A program made the translations under genes and the position numbers. A DNA stretch of 64,000 nt from an uncultured Chitinophagales bacterium (GTDB taxonomy: Bacteria; Bacteroidota; Rhodothermia; Balneolales; DATFMH01): the NCBI GenBank assembly GCA_964572735.1, contig CAZNHE010000005.1, positions 8,170-72,169 of the forward strand, read 5' to 3'. Positions 34,895 through 46,116 of this stretch are shown here, piece by piece; within the stretch, counting starts at the first letter, position 1, and each line of letters begins with the position of its first letter. The notes beneath the pieces were generated by a model, which had not been told where the DNA came from, did no database searches, and worked only from the letters and a program-made list of their open reading frames with translations.

Positions 34895-35104
34895 TCGGTC
34901 CCGATGCATCGGGGCGCAGAGTCGCGGAGTTGCGAAAGAATGTAGGTGTGTTGAATACCCGGAATTCGAATAAAAGGATGGCTCATAGAAAATTGTGGTA
35001 TTTCGGTTATAATAAGATTTTGCGGAAGCTTCCGTTGTAATTAATTTAACGGCACTTGTTATAAAACTCCGGCTTTTGCGGGCGGGGTCGAAAAAGTACT
35101 TTTG

Positions 35105-36082
35105 ATGCTCAAAGAACTCATTACGGAACTATCCGGTTACAAAGAAATAGGCGTTTTCTCACACGAACGTCCGGATGGCGACGCCATCGGTTCGGAAATC
35201 GCTATTGCTCTGTGGCTCCGGAAAAATGGAATCCGGGCTGGCGCATTTAATCAGGATCCTGCTCCGGAGAATGTCCGCTGGCTGGAGGAATACCTGCCGG
35301 TTGTTCGACCGGACCGGCGGACGATCGATCAGTGTGAGTCATTTTTGTTTGTCGACGGCAACCAGGCCAATCGTTTCGGAGAGTCCGGCTCTCAGGCATT
35401 TTCCACAGGAAAGCCCTGTTATCTGATAGATCATCATCCCGATCCCGAGCCTGTTTTTAAGATGATGTACAGCGTGCCGGCGGCTTCCTCAACAGCAGAG
35501 TTGATATACCGTATCTATGAAGCCTCAAATCCGGATTTGATCGATGAGGGGGTTGCAAAAGCGCTCTATACGGGCATCATGACCGATACCGGTTCATTCC
35601 GTTTTGAGTCGGTAACACCGGAAGTTCATCTGATCGTTGCCGATTTGCTGCGTCGGGGCGGATTTGCTCCTAATGAAATCCATGAGCGGGTCTATGATAA
35701 CCAGACGCCGAATCAGATGCGCCTGCTCGGAATGGCTCTCGAAACCGTTGAAACGTATTCCGACGGGCGGATAGGTACCATCACGATAACAAAGGAAATG
35801 CTTGATCTCACCCGTTGTACGTACGCCGATACCGAGGGGTTCGTTTCTTATCCGCTCGGTCTGCATGGAGTACAGGCCGCGGTGCTGTTTTGCGAGCTGG
35901 AGGGGCGGATAAAGCTGAGTATACGAACGAAAGCAGATATACTCGCGAACGTGTGGGCACGTTTATTCGGTGGCGGCGGACATGATCGTGCTGCCGGCGC
36001 CTGGCACGACGGGCCCCTGGAACTGGCAAAAAAAGAAGTGATTGAAGCGGGAATACGGCAGCTCGCTTCAATCAAAATATGA
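35105..36082 (+). CDS. nrnA: DHH/DHHA1 phosphoesterase (NrnA-like oligoribonuclease/pAp phosphatase)
   Basis: The motifs HERPDGDAIGS, IDHHP and GGGGHDRAAGA are present. The ORF track opens at a TTG at 35102; the ATG is at 35105. Confidence 0.85.
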   Translation: MLKELITELSGYKEIGVFSHERPDGDAIGSEIAIALWLRKNGIRAGAFNQDPAPENVRWLEEYLPVVRPDRRTIDQCESFLFVDGNQANRFGESGSQAFSTGKPCYLIDHHPDPEPVFKMMYSVPAASSTAELIYRIYEASNPDLIDEGVAKALYTGIMTDTGSFRFESVTPEVHLIVADLLRRGGFAPNEIHERVYDNQTPNQMRLLGMALETVETYSDGRIGTITITKEMLDLTRCTYADTEGFVSYPLGLHGVQAAVLFCELEGRIKLSIRTKADILANVWARLFGGGGHDRAAGAWHDGPLELAKKEVIEAGIRQLASIKI

Positions 36083-36094
36083 GCAGCGGTCATT

Positions 36095-37354
36095 ATGGTT
36101 TCATTAAGCCGGAAATCCTCCTTGTTAGTCATAATCCTTCTTGCGGGTTTCACCGCCTGCCGGCAGCAGAACGGGCGTCAGTCGGTGCAGGATCCTCAAA
36201 AAGCGGCCATTTCGACTGCCGATTCCATGCAATACCCGGCGGGCAGACCGGCTACAGCTATTCAGGGATCCGATTCCCCGGGACTAAACAATGAGCTCAA
36301 ATCCAGGGATGAGAACGTCACTAATTCCAGGGAAGATGCCATAACGCGGGCAACGAAGGAGGTCAGTCCGTGCGTGGTCAGTGTCAGTGTTACGGAAGTA
36401 GTCACAGAGAGTCCGCGTTTTGGATATGATCCGTTTTTTGATTCCTTCATCCCTCCGGGCCGGATGCGACAATTCAAAAGCCTGGGCTCGGGCTTCCTGA
36501 TTACTCCCGACGGATTGATTGTAACGAATCAGCATGTTATTGGTGAGCACCCCTCCAAAATCATTGTTACCATCTCAGGGAAAAGCTATGATGCGACTAT
36601 GATTGGTTCGGATAAATATACCGATATCGCACTGCTTAAAATCAAAGCGGATAAAAAGCTTCCGTATGTTCATTTCGGCAATTCCGCCAAGGCCATTGTC
36701 GGGGAATGGTGCATTGCTATCGGCAACCCGTTTGGGTTGTTTGAAGACGGCCAGCCGACAGTGACGGTGGGAGTAATCAGCGCTGTTAACAGAGATTTTC
36801 GTCCTGACCCGAATGATCCGCGTACCTATCAAAACATGCTCCAGACCGACGCGGCCATCAACCGTGGAAATTCGGGCGGACCGCTGATTAATTCACTGGG
36901 GGAGGTCATAGGGATGAACACGTTCATTTACACCGGTCATACGGGCGGCGGCTTTGTGGGGCTGGGATTTGCCATTCCAAGTAATACGATCGTTAGAGTG
37001 GTCAATCAACTGGAGCAGAACGGAAGCGTTGCCCTGGGGTTTAACCTCGGTTTCCATGTTCGCCCCATTACCCTGCAGACGGCTTACAGATACAATTTGC
37101 CGCTCATGCAGGGAGTTTATGTTTACAGTGTGAATAAAGACGGGCCGGCTTACAAGGCGGGCATTCTTCCGGGGGATATTCTCTGGCGGATCGGCGATGA
37201 GCGCATCTACAGCTATACCCATTTTCAGGCGTTGTTGCGGGAGCATAAGAAAGGCGACACCGTCCATTTCGTTATTTTCCGGCGCGGCAAGTTTTATGAA
37301 GCCACCATGAAACTGGCAAGCAAAGTGGACAGCAAAAAGCAGGCCGGGCGCTGA
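36095..37354 (+). CDS. HtrA/DegP-family trypsin-like serine protease with a PDZ domain; probable lipoprotein
   Basis: The N-terminus has the lipobox-like LLAGFTAC. The catalytic residues are in TNQHV, DIALLK and GNSGGPL, and the C-terminal PDZ region includes GILPGDIL. Confidence 0.85.
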   Translation: MVSLSRKSSLLVIILLAGFTACRQQNGRQSVQDPQKAAISTADSMQYPAGRPATAIQGSDSPGLNNELKSRDENVTNSREDAITRATKEVSPCVVSVSVTEVVTESPRFGYDPFFDSFIPPGRMRQFKSLGSGFLITPDGLIVTNQHVIGEHPSKIIVTISGKSYDATMIGSDKYTDIALLKIKADKKLPYVHFGNSAKAIVGEWCIAIGNPFGLFEDGQPTVTVGVISAVNRDFRPDPNDPRTYQNMLQTDAAINRGNSGGPLINSLGEVIGMNTFIYTGHTGGGFVGLGFAIPSNTIVRVVNQLEQNGSVALGFNLGFHVRPITLQTAYRYNLPLMQGVYVYSVNKDGPAYKAGILPGDILWRIGDERIYSYTHFQALLREHKKGDTVHFVIFRRGKFYEATMKLASKVDSKKQAGR

Positions 37355-37357
37355 GGG

Positions 37358-37681
37358 TTATTGCGGATCCCTCGTCTCTCTGAAGATCCAGTTGAGGTAA
37401 GGCGGGTGGCCGTCTTCAACGGGGAGGGCGACGATACACGGGCACTCATAGCTGTGCAGGGCGAGAACGCGCTCCCGGAGCCTGTCCAGACGGTCTTCCA
37501 TGGTTTTGGCAATCAGGATCGCCTCCCGGTCATCATTGATCTCGCCGTTCCAGCGATAGATGGAGTGCATCTCCGGGAGGATATTCACACATGCACAAAG
37601 ACGTTCTTCCACCAGCAGGCGTCCGATAGTTTCAGCCTCCCTGTGGTCCCTGGTAGTGATATAAACGAAATAGGGCTTCAT
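37358..37681 (-). CDS. cutA: Divalent-cation tolerance protein CutA
   Basis: The motifs VEERLCACVNILPEMHSIYRWNGEI and LHSYECPCIVALPV are present. The ATG at 37681 (MKPYFVYITT) is preferred over the ORF-track start at 37726. Confidence 0.85.
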   Translation of the reverse strand: MKPYFVYITTRDHREAETIGRLLVEERLCACVNILPEMHSIYRWNGEINDDREAILIAKTMEDRLDRLRERVLALHSYECPCIVALPVEDGHPPYLNWIFRETRDPQ

Positions 37682-37843
37682 GTGATCAAAATTCTCTCCG
37701 GTATTTTCCAGAAACATCCTCAGCATCCTTGCGGTTCGGCGTATAATGAGAATCCTCTCCGTTGTTGATAACCAGCCAAAGAAGTATTAATTTTTTTAGT
37801 CTGTACCTTAAGTAATCTCAACGACCGGAATCGTCGCTTCCAT

Positions 37844-37925
37844 GCGAGAGTGGTGGAATTGGTAGACACGCTAGATTTAGGATCTAGTGCCTCCGGGCAT
37901 GGGGGTTCGAGTCCCCCCTCTCGTA
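37844..37925 (+). tRNA. tRNA-Leu (anticodon TAG)
   Basis: The cloverleaf was folded by hand. The acceptor is GCGAGAG/CTCTCGT (G1:U72 wobble) and the anticodon stem is CTAGA/TCTAG with loop TTTAGGA. It has a long variable arm, the T arm GGGGG-TTCGAGT-CCCCC and discriminator A; no CCA is encoded. Confidence 0.9.
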
Positions 37926-38121
37926 CGATACATTTATGGAAGCCTTTAAAAAACCGGAGTTTGCCCCGTATTAAAATGCCGGAACATCAGGGACCGCTGT
38001 GGTATAATCGCTATACCCGGGGAGTTCGGATGTCTGAAAATGCAGGAATCGGGCAAAAACGGTTTTCGTAAAGCCTTCCCAAAGTATACATCTCCATAAA
38101 CATATAAAAAATTTTTTTATC

Positions 38122-39408
38122 GTGAATATTTCTGTTAAAGAACTGAGTCCGGTCGACCGGGAAATCACCATTACAGCCGACCGGAATGACCTGAGCGGCC
38201 ATTTTGAGAAAGCCTATCGCCGCTATCGAAAAATGGTCAATATACCGGGTTTTCGTCCCGGCCAGGTACCTGTCGGGATGATTAAAAGGAGGTTTGGTAA
38301 AGAAATCGAGGCCGAAGAAGTCCAAAAATATCTTACGGATCTGTATAACAATGAAATCATCCCCAAACATCAGCCGATCGGGGAACCTGAATTTTCCGAA
38401 GTAAAATGGGAGAATGACCAGCTTGAGGCGGAGCTTAAAATCGGGATCAAACCGGAATTCGAGCCGATTGAGCCCGAAGATATCACTGTGGATATGCTTG
38501 TCCATGATGTGACTGATGAGGATGTCGATGAAGAGATCGAACACCTGCTCAGCCATGAAGCGCAATGGGTCGAGGTCGATGAAACTTCCGGGGAGAAGAG
38601 CCGGGTTACTTTTGACGCCACGGCTCTGGACGAGCAGGGTAACCCCAAAGGAGAGGATACCGATGAGAACCAGACGGCTAATCTCGATGCTATTCAGGAC
38701 GATAAACTAAAAGCTGCTTTGATTGGCAAAAAGATCGGAGAAACGATTGATACCGATTTGGGGGCGGGTGACGCACCCGAAAGATTCCGGATCCTCATCA
38801 AAAAGATAGAAAACAAGGAAACTCCCGTACTTACCGAAGAAATCATCAAAAAGCATTCTAATGGGGAAGCTGAAGATGAAGACGGTTTCCGGGGTTATAT
38901 GAAGAGCCGGATTCAGGATTATTATGATCAGATGGCCAGACAACTGGCACAACAACAGATCCGCGATGAATACGTTAAGAAGCAGGATTTTGAAGTTCCG
39001 CAAACACTCATTGACAACATCCTCAATGGATACATCAATCAGGTACGACAACGCTACGCCGATCAGCTGCCTCCCGATTTCGACCCTGAGAAATACAGGG
39101 AAGAAAACCGGGAACGGGCTGTCGGGGAGGCGCGGTGGTTCTTTATCTCCGAGAAGCTGGAAAACAACTACGATATCCAGGTCGAGGAGAGTGATATCGA
39201 CCAGTATCTGGAGGAAGAAGCCAAACGCTATGGCATGGAAGCCGGAAACCTGAAACAGATTTATGCCGGTGCAGGCGATATGCTTGAACAGTTGCGTTTA
39301 AATATCAGAGGCGATAAACTCATGAAGAAATTGCTGGACGAAGTTTCTCTGAACGAAATGGATAAAGAAGCGTTTCAGAAGAAGCATAATAAAGAGTCAG
39401 AGGAATAA
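38122..39408 (+). CDS. tig: Trigger factor
   Basis: The 428-aa ORF has a GTG start. The N-terminal ribosome-binding signature is [19 protein letters not shown]. The gene sits directly upstream of clpP-clpX. Confidence 0.9.
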   Translation: MNISVKELSPVDREITITADRNDLSGHFEKAYRRYRKMVNIPGFRPGQVPVGMIKRRFGKEIEAEEVQKYLTDLYNNEIIPKHQPIGEPEFSEVKWENDQLEAELKIGIKPEFEPIEPEDITVDMLVHDVTDEDVDEEIEHLLSHEAQWVEVDETSGEKSRVTFDATALDEQGNPKGEDTDENQTANLDAIQDDKLKAALIGKKIGETIDTDLGAGDAPERFRILIKKIENKETPVLTEEIIKKHSNGEAEDEDGFRGYMKSRIQDYYDQMARQLAQQQIRDEYVKKQDFEVPQTLIDNILNGYINQVRQRYADQLPPDFDPEKYREENRERAVGEARWFFISEKLENNYDIQVEESDIDQYLEEEAKRYGMEAGNLKQIYAGAGDMLEQLRLNIRGDKLMKKLLDEVSLNEMDKEAFQKKHNKESEE

Positions 39409-39412
39409 TTTT

Positions 39413-40063
39413 ATGATAATTGACAGGCAACCATTATACGATTTGAATACGGACAAAGCGGCTCCGGTTTACAACCAGCTGGTTCCGATGGTTATTGAGA
39501 CGACCGGGCGGGGCGAACGCGCCTACGACATCTATTCGCGGCTGCTGAAAGATCGCATCATCATCCTGGGAACGCCGGTTAATGATGCGATAGCCAGCAA
39601 CATCATCGCCCAGATGCTGTTCCTGGATTCGGAAGATTCCGAGAAGGATATTAACTTTTATATTAACAGTCCGGGAGGCGTTGTTTCTTCGGGCCTGGCG
39701 ATTTACGACACCATGCAGTTCGTGAAAAGCGATGTGGCTACGTTTTGTATGGGCATGGCCGCCTCAATGGCAGCCGTTCTCCTCACGGCAGGTACCAGGG
39801 GGAAGCGCCATGTTTTACCGAATGCCCGCGTAATGATCCATCAGCCTCTGGGCGGGGTTCAGGGACAGGCCAGCGATATTGAAATCGAAGCCCGTGAGAT
39901 CGTTCGGATCAAACGAACCCTTAGCGAAATTATCTCGAATCACAGCGGGAAGGATATCGAGCAGGTCATGAAGGATTCCGACCGGAACCGATGGATGGAC
40001 GCCCGGGAATCACTCGACTACGGACTGGTCGACAGCATCCTGAAACGAGAGAAAAAGAAATAA
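39413..40063 (+). CDS. clpP: ATP-dependent Clp protease proteolytic subunit
   Basis: The motifs [42 protein letters not shown] (active Ser) and MIHQPLGG are present. Confidence 0.97.
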   Translation: MIIDRQPLYDLNTDKAAPVYNQLVPMVIETTGRGERAYDIYSRLLKDRIIILGTPVNDAIASNIIAQMLFLDSEDSEKDINFYINSPGGVVSSGLAIYDTMQFVKSDVATFCMGMAASMAAVLLTAGTRGKRHVLPNARVMIHQPLGGVQGQASDIEIEAREIVRIKRTLSEIISNHSGKDIEQVMKDSDRNRWMDARESLDYGLVDSILKREKKK

Positions 40064-40083
40064 GCGAACCTTAAGATTCTGGC

Positions 40084-41337
40084 ATGAACGACAAGCACGA
40101 CCAAAAAGTTATTTATTGTTCTTTCTGCGGCCGCTCTAATTATGAGGTGAACAGCATGGTCGCCGGCCCCGAGGTTTACATCTGCGATCGTTGCGTTGCC
40201 GATGCAAACGGCATCGTAAAAAGCGACCTGGTGAGCCGGGCACGCAAGCGTGCGGAGAGCTACAAACCTGTTCTCAAACCTATCGAGCTAAAGGCACGCC
40301 TTGATGAATATGTGATCGGGCAGGATTATGCAAAGAAAAATCTGTCTGTAGCGGTTTATAACCACTACAAACGCCTCAGCAGCGAAATGGACCATACGCT
40401 GGGCGAGGTAGATATAGAGAAAAGCAATATCCTGCTGATTGGTCCGACCGGATCAGGCAAGACCCTGCTGGCCAAAACACTGGCGGATATCATCGATGTC
40501 CCTTTCTGTATCTCGGATGCCACGGCACTTACGGAAGCCGGCTATGTGGGAGAAGATGTGGAAAGCATTCTTTCCAACCTGCTGCAGGTTTCCGATTTTG
40601 ATGTCGAACGCGCCCAGCGCGGTATCATTTATATCGATGAAATCGATAAGATCGCCCGGAAGAGCGACAACCCGTCTATTACGCGCGACGTCTCCGGAGA
40701 GGGGGTGCAGCAGGCATTGCTGAAAATCCTGGAAGGAACGATCGCCAATGTTCCGCCCAAAGGCGGACGAAAGCACCCGGAACAGAGCTTCATCAATGTT
40801 GATACGCGGCATATCCTGTTCATCGTCGGAGGAGCTTTTGACGGATTGTCCGAAATTATTGCCCGGCGCATGTCGACGGGTATCCTCGGGTTTCAACAGT
40901 CGGAAGGCCGCAAATTCGATAAGGATGATCCCGATATTTTCACCTATGTAGAGCCGGAAGATTTGCAGAAATTCGGACTCATTCCCGAGCTCATCGGTCG
41001 GCTGCCGGTTATAGCAGGGTTGCACGAACTCTCCCGTGAGAGTATGATCGACATTCTCACTCAGCCCAAAAACGCAATTACCAAGCAATACAAGAAGCTT
41101 TTTGCAATTGAAGGCGTGGAATTGGAGTTCGAGGATGAAGCCCTGGAGGCTATTGTAGAAAGAGCTCTTGCCCGCAAAACCGGCGCCCGCGGGTTGCGTT
41201 CAATTATGGAGCGCTCCATGCTGGATATTATGTTTGCCCTTCCCACGATGAAAAATATCGAACGTTGCATAATCACACGTGCAACCATTGAAGATAAGGC
41301 TCCTCCGGTTTATGAAAAACGAAGGGCTTCCGCCTGA
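40084..41337 (+). CDS. clpX: ATP-dependent Clp protease ATP-binding subunit ClpX
   Basis: The zinc-binding CSFCGR..CDRC, Walker [12 protein letters not shown], Walker [10 protein letters not shown] and GARGLRSI are present. Confidence 0.97.
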   Translation: MNDKHDQKVIYCSFCGRSNYEVNSMVAGPEVYICDRCVADANGIVKSDLVSRARKRAESYKPVLKPIELKARLDEYVIGQDYAKKNLSVAVYNHYKRLSSEMDHTLGEVDIEKSNILLIGPTGSGKTLLAKTLADIIDVPFCISDATALTEAGYVGEDVESILSNLLQVSDFDVERAQRGIIYIDEIDKIARKSDNPSITRDVSGEGVQQALLKILEGTIANVPPKGGRKHPEQSFINVDTRHILFIVGGAFDGLSEIIARRMSTGILGFQQSEGRKFDKDDPDIFTYVEPEDLQKFGLIPELIGRLPVIAGLHELSRESMIDILTQPKNAITKQYKKLFAIEGVELEFEDEALEAIVERALARKTGARGLRSIMERSMLDIMFALPTMKNIERCIITRATIEDKAPPVYEKRRASA

Positions 41338-41354
41338 GGGACCGGATAACGGAT

Positions 41355-41389
41355 GAAAAGCATCTTCCTGATGAAGAAAGATGCTTTTC
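41355..41389. terminator. 12-bp perfect hairpin after clpX
   Basis: GAAAAGCATCTT (41355-41366) pairs with AAGATGCTTTTC (41378-41389) around an 11-nt loop. There is no long T-run. Confidence 0.45.
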
Positions 41390-41717
41390 ATGTGAAAGAA
41401 GAGAGCGGAATCAGAAAGCTCCGGAGCGCTTTGTTCCGGTATTTTTGAAATGAGAGGGATAATTCCGGAGATATTAGGACGGGAGGAAAATCCTCCATGA
41501 GAGGATACGGGTAAACAGTATTTTCGCGGCTTCTCAAAAACGATGAGTTTTCAGCCGGTGGTGTTCAAAGATCTGGATATAGCTGAAAACCAGTCGCCAC
41601 GTACCAAGAAATACCTGAATCTATCCTTTGTGAATACTCTCAATAATTGTAAATCATCCTGACCATACGTACGTTTAACCCTCAGTAACGATATTTTCAA
41701 CTTCATTTCATTTTCAG

Positions 41718-43034
41718 ATGAAATTTCGCCTGAACTCATCCGGCATCAAGGCGCCCCTTATTATTCTGCTGGTGGTTATCGGATTAGGGTCTTTTATTTA
41801 CACGCAATTCCTGGTAAGTCAGCTTCGGAAGAAGGAGCGTCTGAGCGTGCAGCTTTGGGCCAAGGCCATCGCCTACAACGGGAGCCCCCAGAATCAGGCG
41901 ATTCGCCAGGAGCTCAAGGATGTCACCAATGAAATCGCCCGCGATCCCGGGATTTCACAGGAAGAAAAAGTCCACTGGATCGACATCATCAACCGGGGAG
42001 AAGCGGATCTGGCCAATGCAGCCGTTGATTTTGTCACCAATGAACTGATTATCAAAAACCGGTTTGAGATCCCTTCAATACTGACAGACAGCAACCGGAC
42101 GGTACTCAACACCAGGAATATCGACAAGAAGGACGTTACCACGGCAACGCTGAACCGACTTGGAAAAATGAACCATCCCATCACTATTACGATCGGGACC
42201 GGCTCACATCAGCAGAAGCAGTATGTCTTTTATGGAGAGAGCTCGACTATCACCATGCTTCGCTATCTTCCCTATCTGCAATTCGGTCTGCTGGCCGTCT
42301 TTTTGGCACTGGCTTATTATACCTGGACTACCGTCCGCCGTAATGAGCAGTCGAGCCTGTGGATCGGGATGGCACGCGAAGCAGCGCATCAGTTAGGAAC
42401 TCCCATTTCGAGCCTGATGGGCTGGATCGCCCTTCTCAGGGATAACCTGGATGATGAACAAAATCTGAACATCACGCACGAATTGTCGATGGATGTCATG
42501 CGCCTGCAAAAGGTGGCGCATCGCTTTAATAAAATCGGTTCAAAGCCGGAGTTAAAGGAAATGCGTCTGGAACCTTCGCTCAGGGAGGTCGTCCGGTACA
42601 TGGAGGTGAGGAAGCCCCGTGTCGGCAAGCAAATTCGCTTTATTGAACGCATTGATACGGAAACCAAACTGAATCTGAATCCCGATTTATTTCAGTGGGC
42701 TATCGAAAACCTGATTAAGAATGCCCTTGACGCTCTCGAAACAAATCGGGATAATCCCGAAATATCGATCTCCACGCATAAATCGGACGACCAGCTCATT
42801 ATCGAGATCGGAGATACCGGAAAGGGCATTGGAAAAAAATTCCAGAAAGAAATATTTCAGCCCGGCTACAGCACAAAAAAGCGCGGCTGGGGGCTTGGGC
42901 TCAGCCTCACCCGGCGCATTATAGAGGACTATCATGGAGGCCATGTCTTTGTAGCTTCTTCGGCGCCCGGTCAGGGCACCGTTTTCCGCGTAGAGCTACC
43001 CCTGCCTCTGGTGCCGGTTGTCTCCGAAACCTGA
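41718..43034 (+). CDS. Membrane sensor histidine kinase (HisKA plus HATPase_c); no adjacent response regulator
   Basis: There are two TM segments, the H-box AREAAHQLGTPISSL, the N-box NLIKNALDAL and the G-boxes DTGKGI and GWGLGLS. Confidence 0.85.
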   Translation: MKFRLNSSGIKAPLIILLVVIGLGSFIYTQFLVSQLRKKERLSVQLWAKAIAYNGSPQNQAIRQELKDVTNEIARDPGISQEEKVHWIDIINRGEADLANAAVDFVTNELIIKNRFEIPSILTDSNRTVLNTRNIDKKDVTTATLNRLGKMNHPITITIGTGSHQQKQYVFYGESSTITMLRYLPYLQFGLLAVFLALAYYTWTTVRRNEQSSLWIGMAREAAHQLGTPISSLMGWIALLRDNLDDEQNLNITHELSMDVMRLQKVAHRFNKIGSKPELKEMRLEPSLREVVRYMEVRKPRVGKQIRFIERIDTETKLNLNPDLFQWAIENLIKNALDALETNRDNPEISISTHKSDDQLIIEIGDTGKGIGKKFQKEIFQPGYSTKKRGWGLGLSLTRRIIEDYHGGHVFVASSAPGQGTVFRVELPLPLVPVVSET

Positions 43035-43052
43035 AAGGCGATGTGTCAGCCG

Positions 43053-43628
43053 TTAATCGAGATGATACCCTTTTCGGCCGGCGTAAACCGTCAGCGAAGA
43101 TCGTAAAAGGTTTCTGCCCCGGTGCAGGCGGGATCGGATCGTTCCTATGGGTACGTCCAGCATATTGGCTATCTCTTCATAAGTGAATCCTTCCACATCG
43201 CAAAGCAACACTACCGTCCGGAAATCCTCCGGAAGATCCTCAAGCGCTTCGGTGATGTCGTCGTCAAGCATCTCCCGGTACAGGTGTTCCTCGAGGTCGG
43301 TAGTATCTGTACGCTCGCTTCGGATGGATTCGTAAAAGGAAGAAATCTCATCATAATCGACTTTATAAGGCTGTTTCGATTGCTTCCGGTATTGATTGAT
43401 ATAAGAATTCTTTAAAATTCGGAACAACCAGGCGCGGGCATTTGTGCCCTTTTCATAACTGTTGAAAAATCGATAAGCCTTAACAACAGTATCCTGTACC
43501 AGGTCTTCCGCATTCTCCGGATCCATGCACAAGCGTACGGCGAAGTGGTACAAGGCGTCGAGGTGGGGCAGCATTTCTTTCTTGAAATCCTGCTGTTTTT
43601 GGTAATCTTTCTGGGTTAATTCTGGCAT
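43053..43628 (-). CDS. ECF-type RNA polymerase sigma-70 family factor
   Basis: Region 2 is AEDLVQDTVVKAYRFF..ARAWLFRILKNSYIN and region 4 is FTYEEIANMLDVPIGTIRSRLHRGR. Confidence 0.85.
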   Translation of the reverse strand: MPELTQKDYQKQQDFKKEMLPHLDALYHFAVRLCMDPENAEDLVQDTVVKAYRFFNSYEKGTNARAWLFRILKNSYINQYRKQSKQPYKVDYDEISSFYESIRSERTDTTDLEEHLYREMLDDDITEALEDLPEDFRTVVLLCDVEGFTYEEIANMLDVPIGTIRSRLHRGRNLLRSSLTVYAGRKGYHLD

Positions 43629-43858
43629 AATAAAAAATCAGACGTGCTTAGGTCCGAGTCTTTATACAGGCAACGTAACTACTTGGGCGAACAATCACAA
43701 GAAAAGTTTATTCCTGTGGCGCCGGCCTGAGAAGTCTGCCTGCAATAACTAAGAACGGTTCGGTGAAGTCATGATAACCGCTAATTGAAAGGTTAGGAAG
43801 AATGTTCCCTAGTCTACCTACGGTGTCGTACTCACGAATGTACTTATTACCAATTAAA

Positions 43859-44593
43859 CTAAACGATAAAAATTAATAATGTATCGTAGAGTGCGTGAGT
43901 CCAGGCGGCGGCACCGAATCCTCTTGTTACATAAATCAGCGTGAGTGCCAAACCAAAAAGGAACCGGAAGAGGAAGGAATAAATGGTGAAGGGGTCTCCG
44001 AGCGGCCCGGTGTAATGGGCGAGGCTGAATAAGAAGGCGGCGAATACCACTGAGATAAAGTACTGTGAAAACCCTCTGAATTTTAAAAGTTTACAAATGT
44101 ATAACAACACGTTGACCAGGATGAGCCGGAACACGAATTCTTCATATAACCCGGCCCCGAGTGACAGGGCAAAATGTTGTAGTGGGCTTAAGTCCGTCGG
44201 ATTTCCTGCTACAGCGGCGGCATTTACCAGCGTGGTTGTTAGTCCCGAAATGAGAAAACCCAGAACAACGGCATATGCAGCCGACTCAAAGATTAATAAG
44301 ATATAATAGCTGAAACGTAAGGGGACCTGTCTTTTTCTCTCTTTGATGAATATGAACACACCAATGAACAGTGCCAGCGCAAAAGTAAGTACCACGCTGT
44401 TATAGCCCAGTACGGAAAGCAGGCTTTTAATCCACACGTCGGCTTTTATGCGAACCGAGTGAGTCGGGTCGGTTGCAGTCAGATAAATGAGGGCCTCATA
44501 GAGGATGAACAGAGGCAGGCTGATCAAATAGCAGAAGACGGGACTACGACTCGCCCGGTGATACCGTTTGACAGCCGCAGAAATTCCGTTCAT
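43859..44593 (-). CDS. CPBP (CAAX) family intramembrane metalloprotease
   Basis: The protein is polytopic, with the motifs LYEEFVFRL and FSLAHY. Confidence 0.75.
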   Translation of the reverse strand: MNGISAAVKRYHRASRSPVFCYLISLPLFILYEALIYLTATDPTHSVRIKADVWIKSLLSVLGYNSVVLTFALALFIGVFIFIKERKRQVPLRFSYYILLIFESAAYAVVLGFLISGLTTTLVNAAAVAGNPTDLSPLQHFALSLGAGLYEEFVFRLILVNVLLYICKLLKFRGFSQYFISVVFAAFLFSLAHYTGPLGDPFTIYSFLFRFLFGLALTLIYVTRGFGAAAWTHALYDTLLIFIV

Positions 44594-45732
44594 TGAATCT
44601 CCGTGATTTTGACCCCCGGCTGGTTGCTGGTTAATCCCAGTTGATTATATGCCTTGCGGGATAGTTTGATATAATCGCCGGCAATGCGGTCGTTGATTAC
44701 GACATAAAGGCCTTTTCCATTTTCCGGGTTTTCCACGTAGACCACTTTCCCAAGCGGGAGGGTAGAATGACCGGCTGTCAGGGCATCGGGATTATAGAGC
44801 TCTCCGCTGGTAGTCGGCGTGTCGGCAGCATCGTCGGGATATTCCCGTACGGGGGTGAGCGTTATCCCCTGCATCCGGTTATCCACCCGGTAGGGATTGG
44901 CATGATGGACTGTAGGCGGCAACAGCAACAGGATTCTCTCTCCTCTTTGCAGTTGATCACCCTGGAAATCCGGGTTCAGTGCCTGAAAATCCTCTTTATC
45001 CATCCTGAATTTCTTCAGAATGGCGGACAGGGGTTCATCTCTCTTGACTTCGTACGTCGCAAAGCGTCCCTGAGGACTGGAGGCCTGAGCGTTTTCCGCT
45101 ATCGAAGGCGCCGTGAGTCCGCCTGTAATTCGCAGCCGCTGACCAACATGCAGAACATCCGAATGAAGATGATTGAGCTTTTTCAGCTCTGCAACCGTCA
45201 TATTGAACCGCCGGGCAATCAGGGTCAGGTAGTCGCCTTTTTTAACGGTATAAATCTGTGTTTGGCCGGAATTGCCGGACAGGAAGGTGGTTTTCGGCGG
45301 AGGCGGCTGCATGCCCGCCGGCACTTTTGTATGAATCTTGAGTATTTGTCCAACAGAAATAGTGTTACCCGGCAAGTTATTCCAGGTTTTGACCTGTTCC
45401 ACTGTCACGCCGTATTGTTGGGCAATGCTGAATAATGTTTCCCCCGGCTGTACGGGATGTGTTACTATTGATGAGGATTCCGGAGCTTGCCGGCCAGGGG
45501 CGGAAACCCACAATTGCTGGCCGACCTGGATCTGGTTTCCTGTCAAATGGTTCCAGTTTCTCAAATCATGAACAGAAACATGATATTCCCGGGCAATCCG
45601 GTAAAGTGTTTCTCCTGCTTTTACAATATGCTGTTGCGGTTTGCCTTTCTGCTGGGCCATCCCCGGAACGCAGGCAACGACCACAGAAAGAATCATTATC
45701 ATTGAAAATGTTCGAAATATCTTCCTGATCAT
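44590..45732 (-). CDS. Protein with about four LysM repeats and a C-terminal RlpA-like double-psi beta-barrel domain
   Basis: It has a signal peptide and about four LysM units (e.g. HIVKAGETLYRIAREYHVSV..L..WN). The C-terminal region TTSGELYNPDALTAGHSTLPLGKVVYVENPENGKGLYVVINDR is RlpA-like. Confidence 0.8.
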   Translation of the reverse strand: MIRKIFRTFSMIMILSVVVACVPGMAQQKGKPQQHIVKAGETLYRIAREYHVSVHDLRNWNHLTGNQIQVGQQLWVSAPGRQAPESSSIVTHPVQPGETLFSIAQQYGVTVEQVKTWNNLPGNTISVGQILKIHTKVPAGMQPPPPKTTFLSGNSGQTQIYTVKKGDYLTLIARRFNMTVAELKKLNHLHSDVLHVGQRLRITGGLTAPSIAENAQASSPQGRFATYEVKRDEPLSAILKKFRMDKEDFQALNPDFQGDQLQRGERILLLLPPTVHHANPYRVDNRMQGITLTPVREYPDDAADTPTTSGELYNPDALTAGHSTLPLGKVVYVENPENGKGLYVVINDRIAGDYIKLSRKAYNQLGLTSNQPGVKITEIQ

Positions 45733-45768
45733 ACGCTCAGCTCATTTACAAACCTGTTCATCATATTA

Positions 45769-46098
45769 TTATGGATCAACCTCCTGCCCGATGATCTGTA
45801 AGGCTTCCTGCAATTCTGCAAGAGCTTTACGATCACCGGCAGCTTCCGCCACCTGTATACCTTTCTGATACGTGCTACGGGCCTTCTTCGTTGCACCATT
45901 ATTCTCATACAATTTCCCCAGATGATAATAAGTCCCGACATACCCGGGATCTTTGGAGAGGATGGCTTCAAAGAAAGATCTCGCCCGATGGTCTTCTCCC
46001 TGCTTCTGATATTCCAGCGCCAGCGCAAAAAGGGTAAACGTATCATCGGGATCTTTCTCGAGATAAGCGTGAAGTCGGTTGATCATCTTATCATCCAT
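45769..46098 (-). CDS. Small TPR-repeat protein
   Basis: The 109-aa ORF has TPR-like helices (ALEYQKQGEDHRARSFFEAIL, YYHLGKLYENNGATKKARSTYQKGI). Confidence 0.6.
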   Translation of the reverse strand: MDDKMINRLHAYLEKDPDDTFTLFALALEYQKQGEDHRARSFFEAILSKDPGYVGTYYHLGKLYENNGATKKARSTYQKGIQVAEAAGDRKALAELQEALQIIGQEVDP

Positions 46099-46116
46099 GC
46101 CGGCGCCCCATCGTTA

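Noticed and set aside
34900-34913. The 14-bp perfect palindrome CCCGATGCATCGGG after folP, considered as a terminator.
   Set aside because: There is no loop (the hairpin would be strained) and no T-tract. It may be a restriction or regulatory site, but I cannot support a call.
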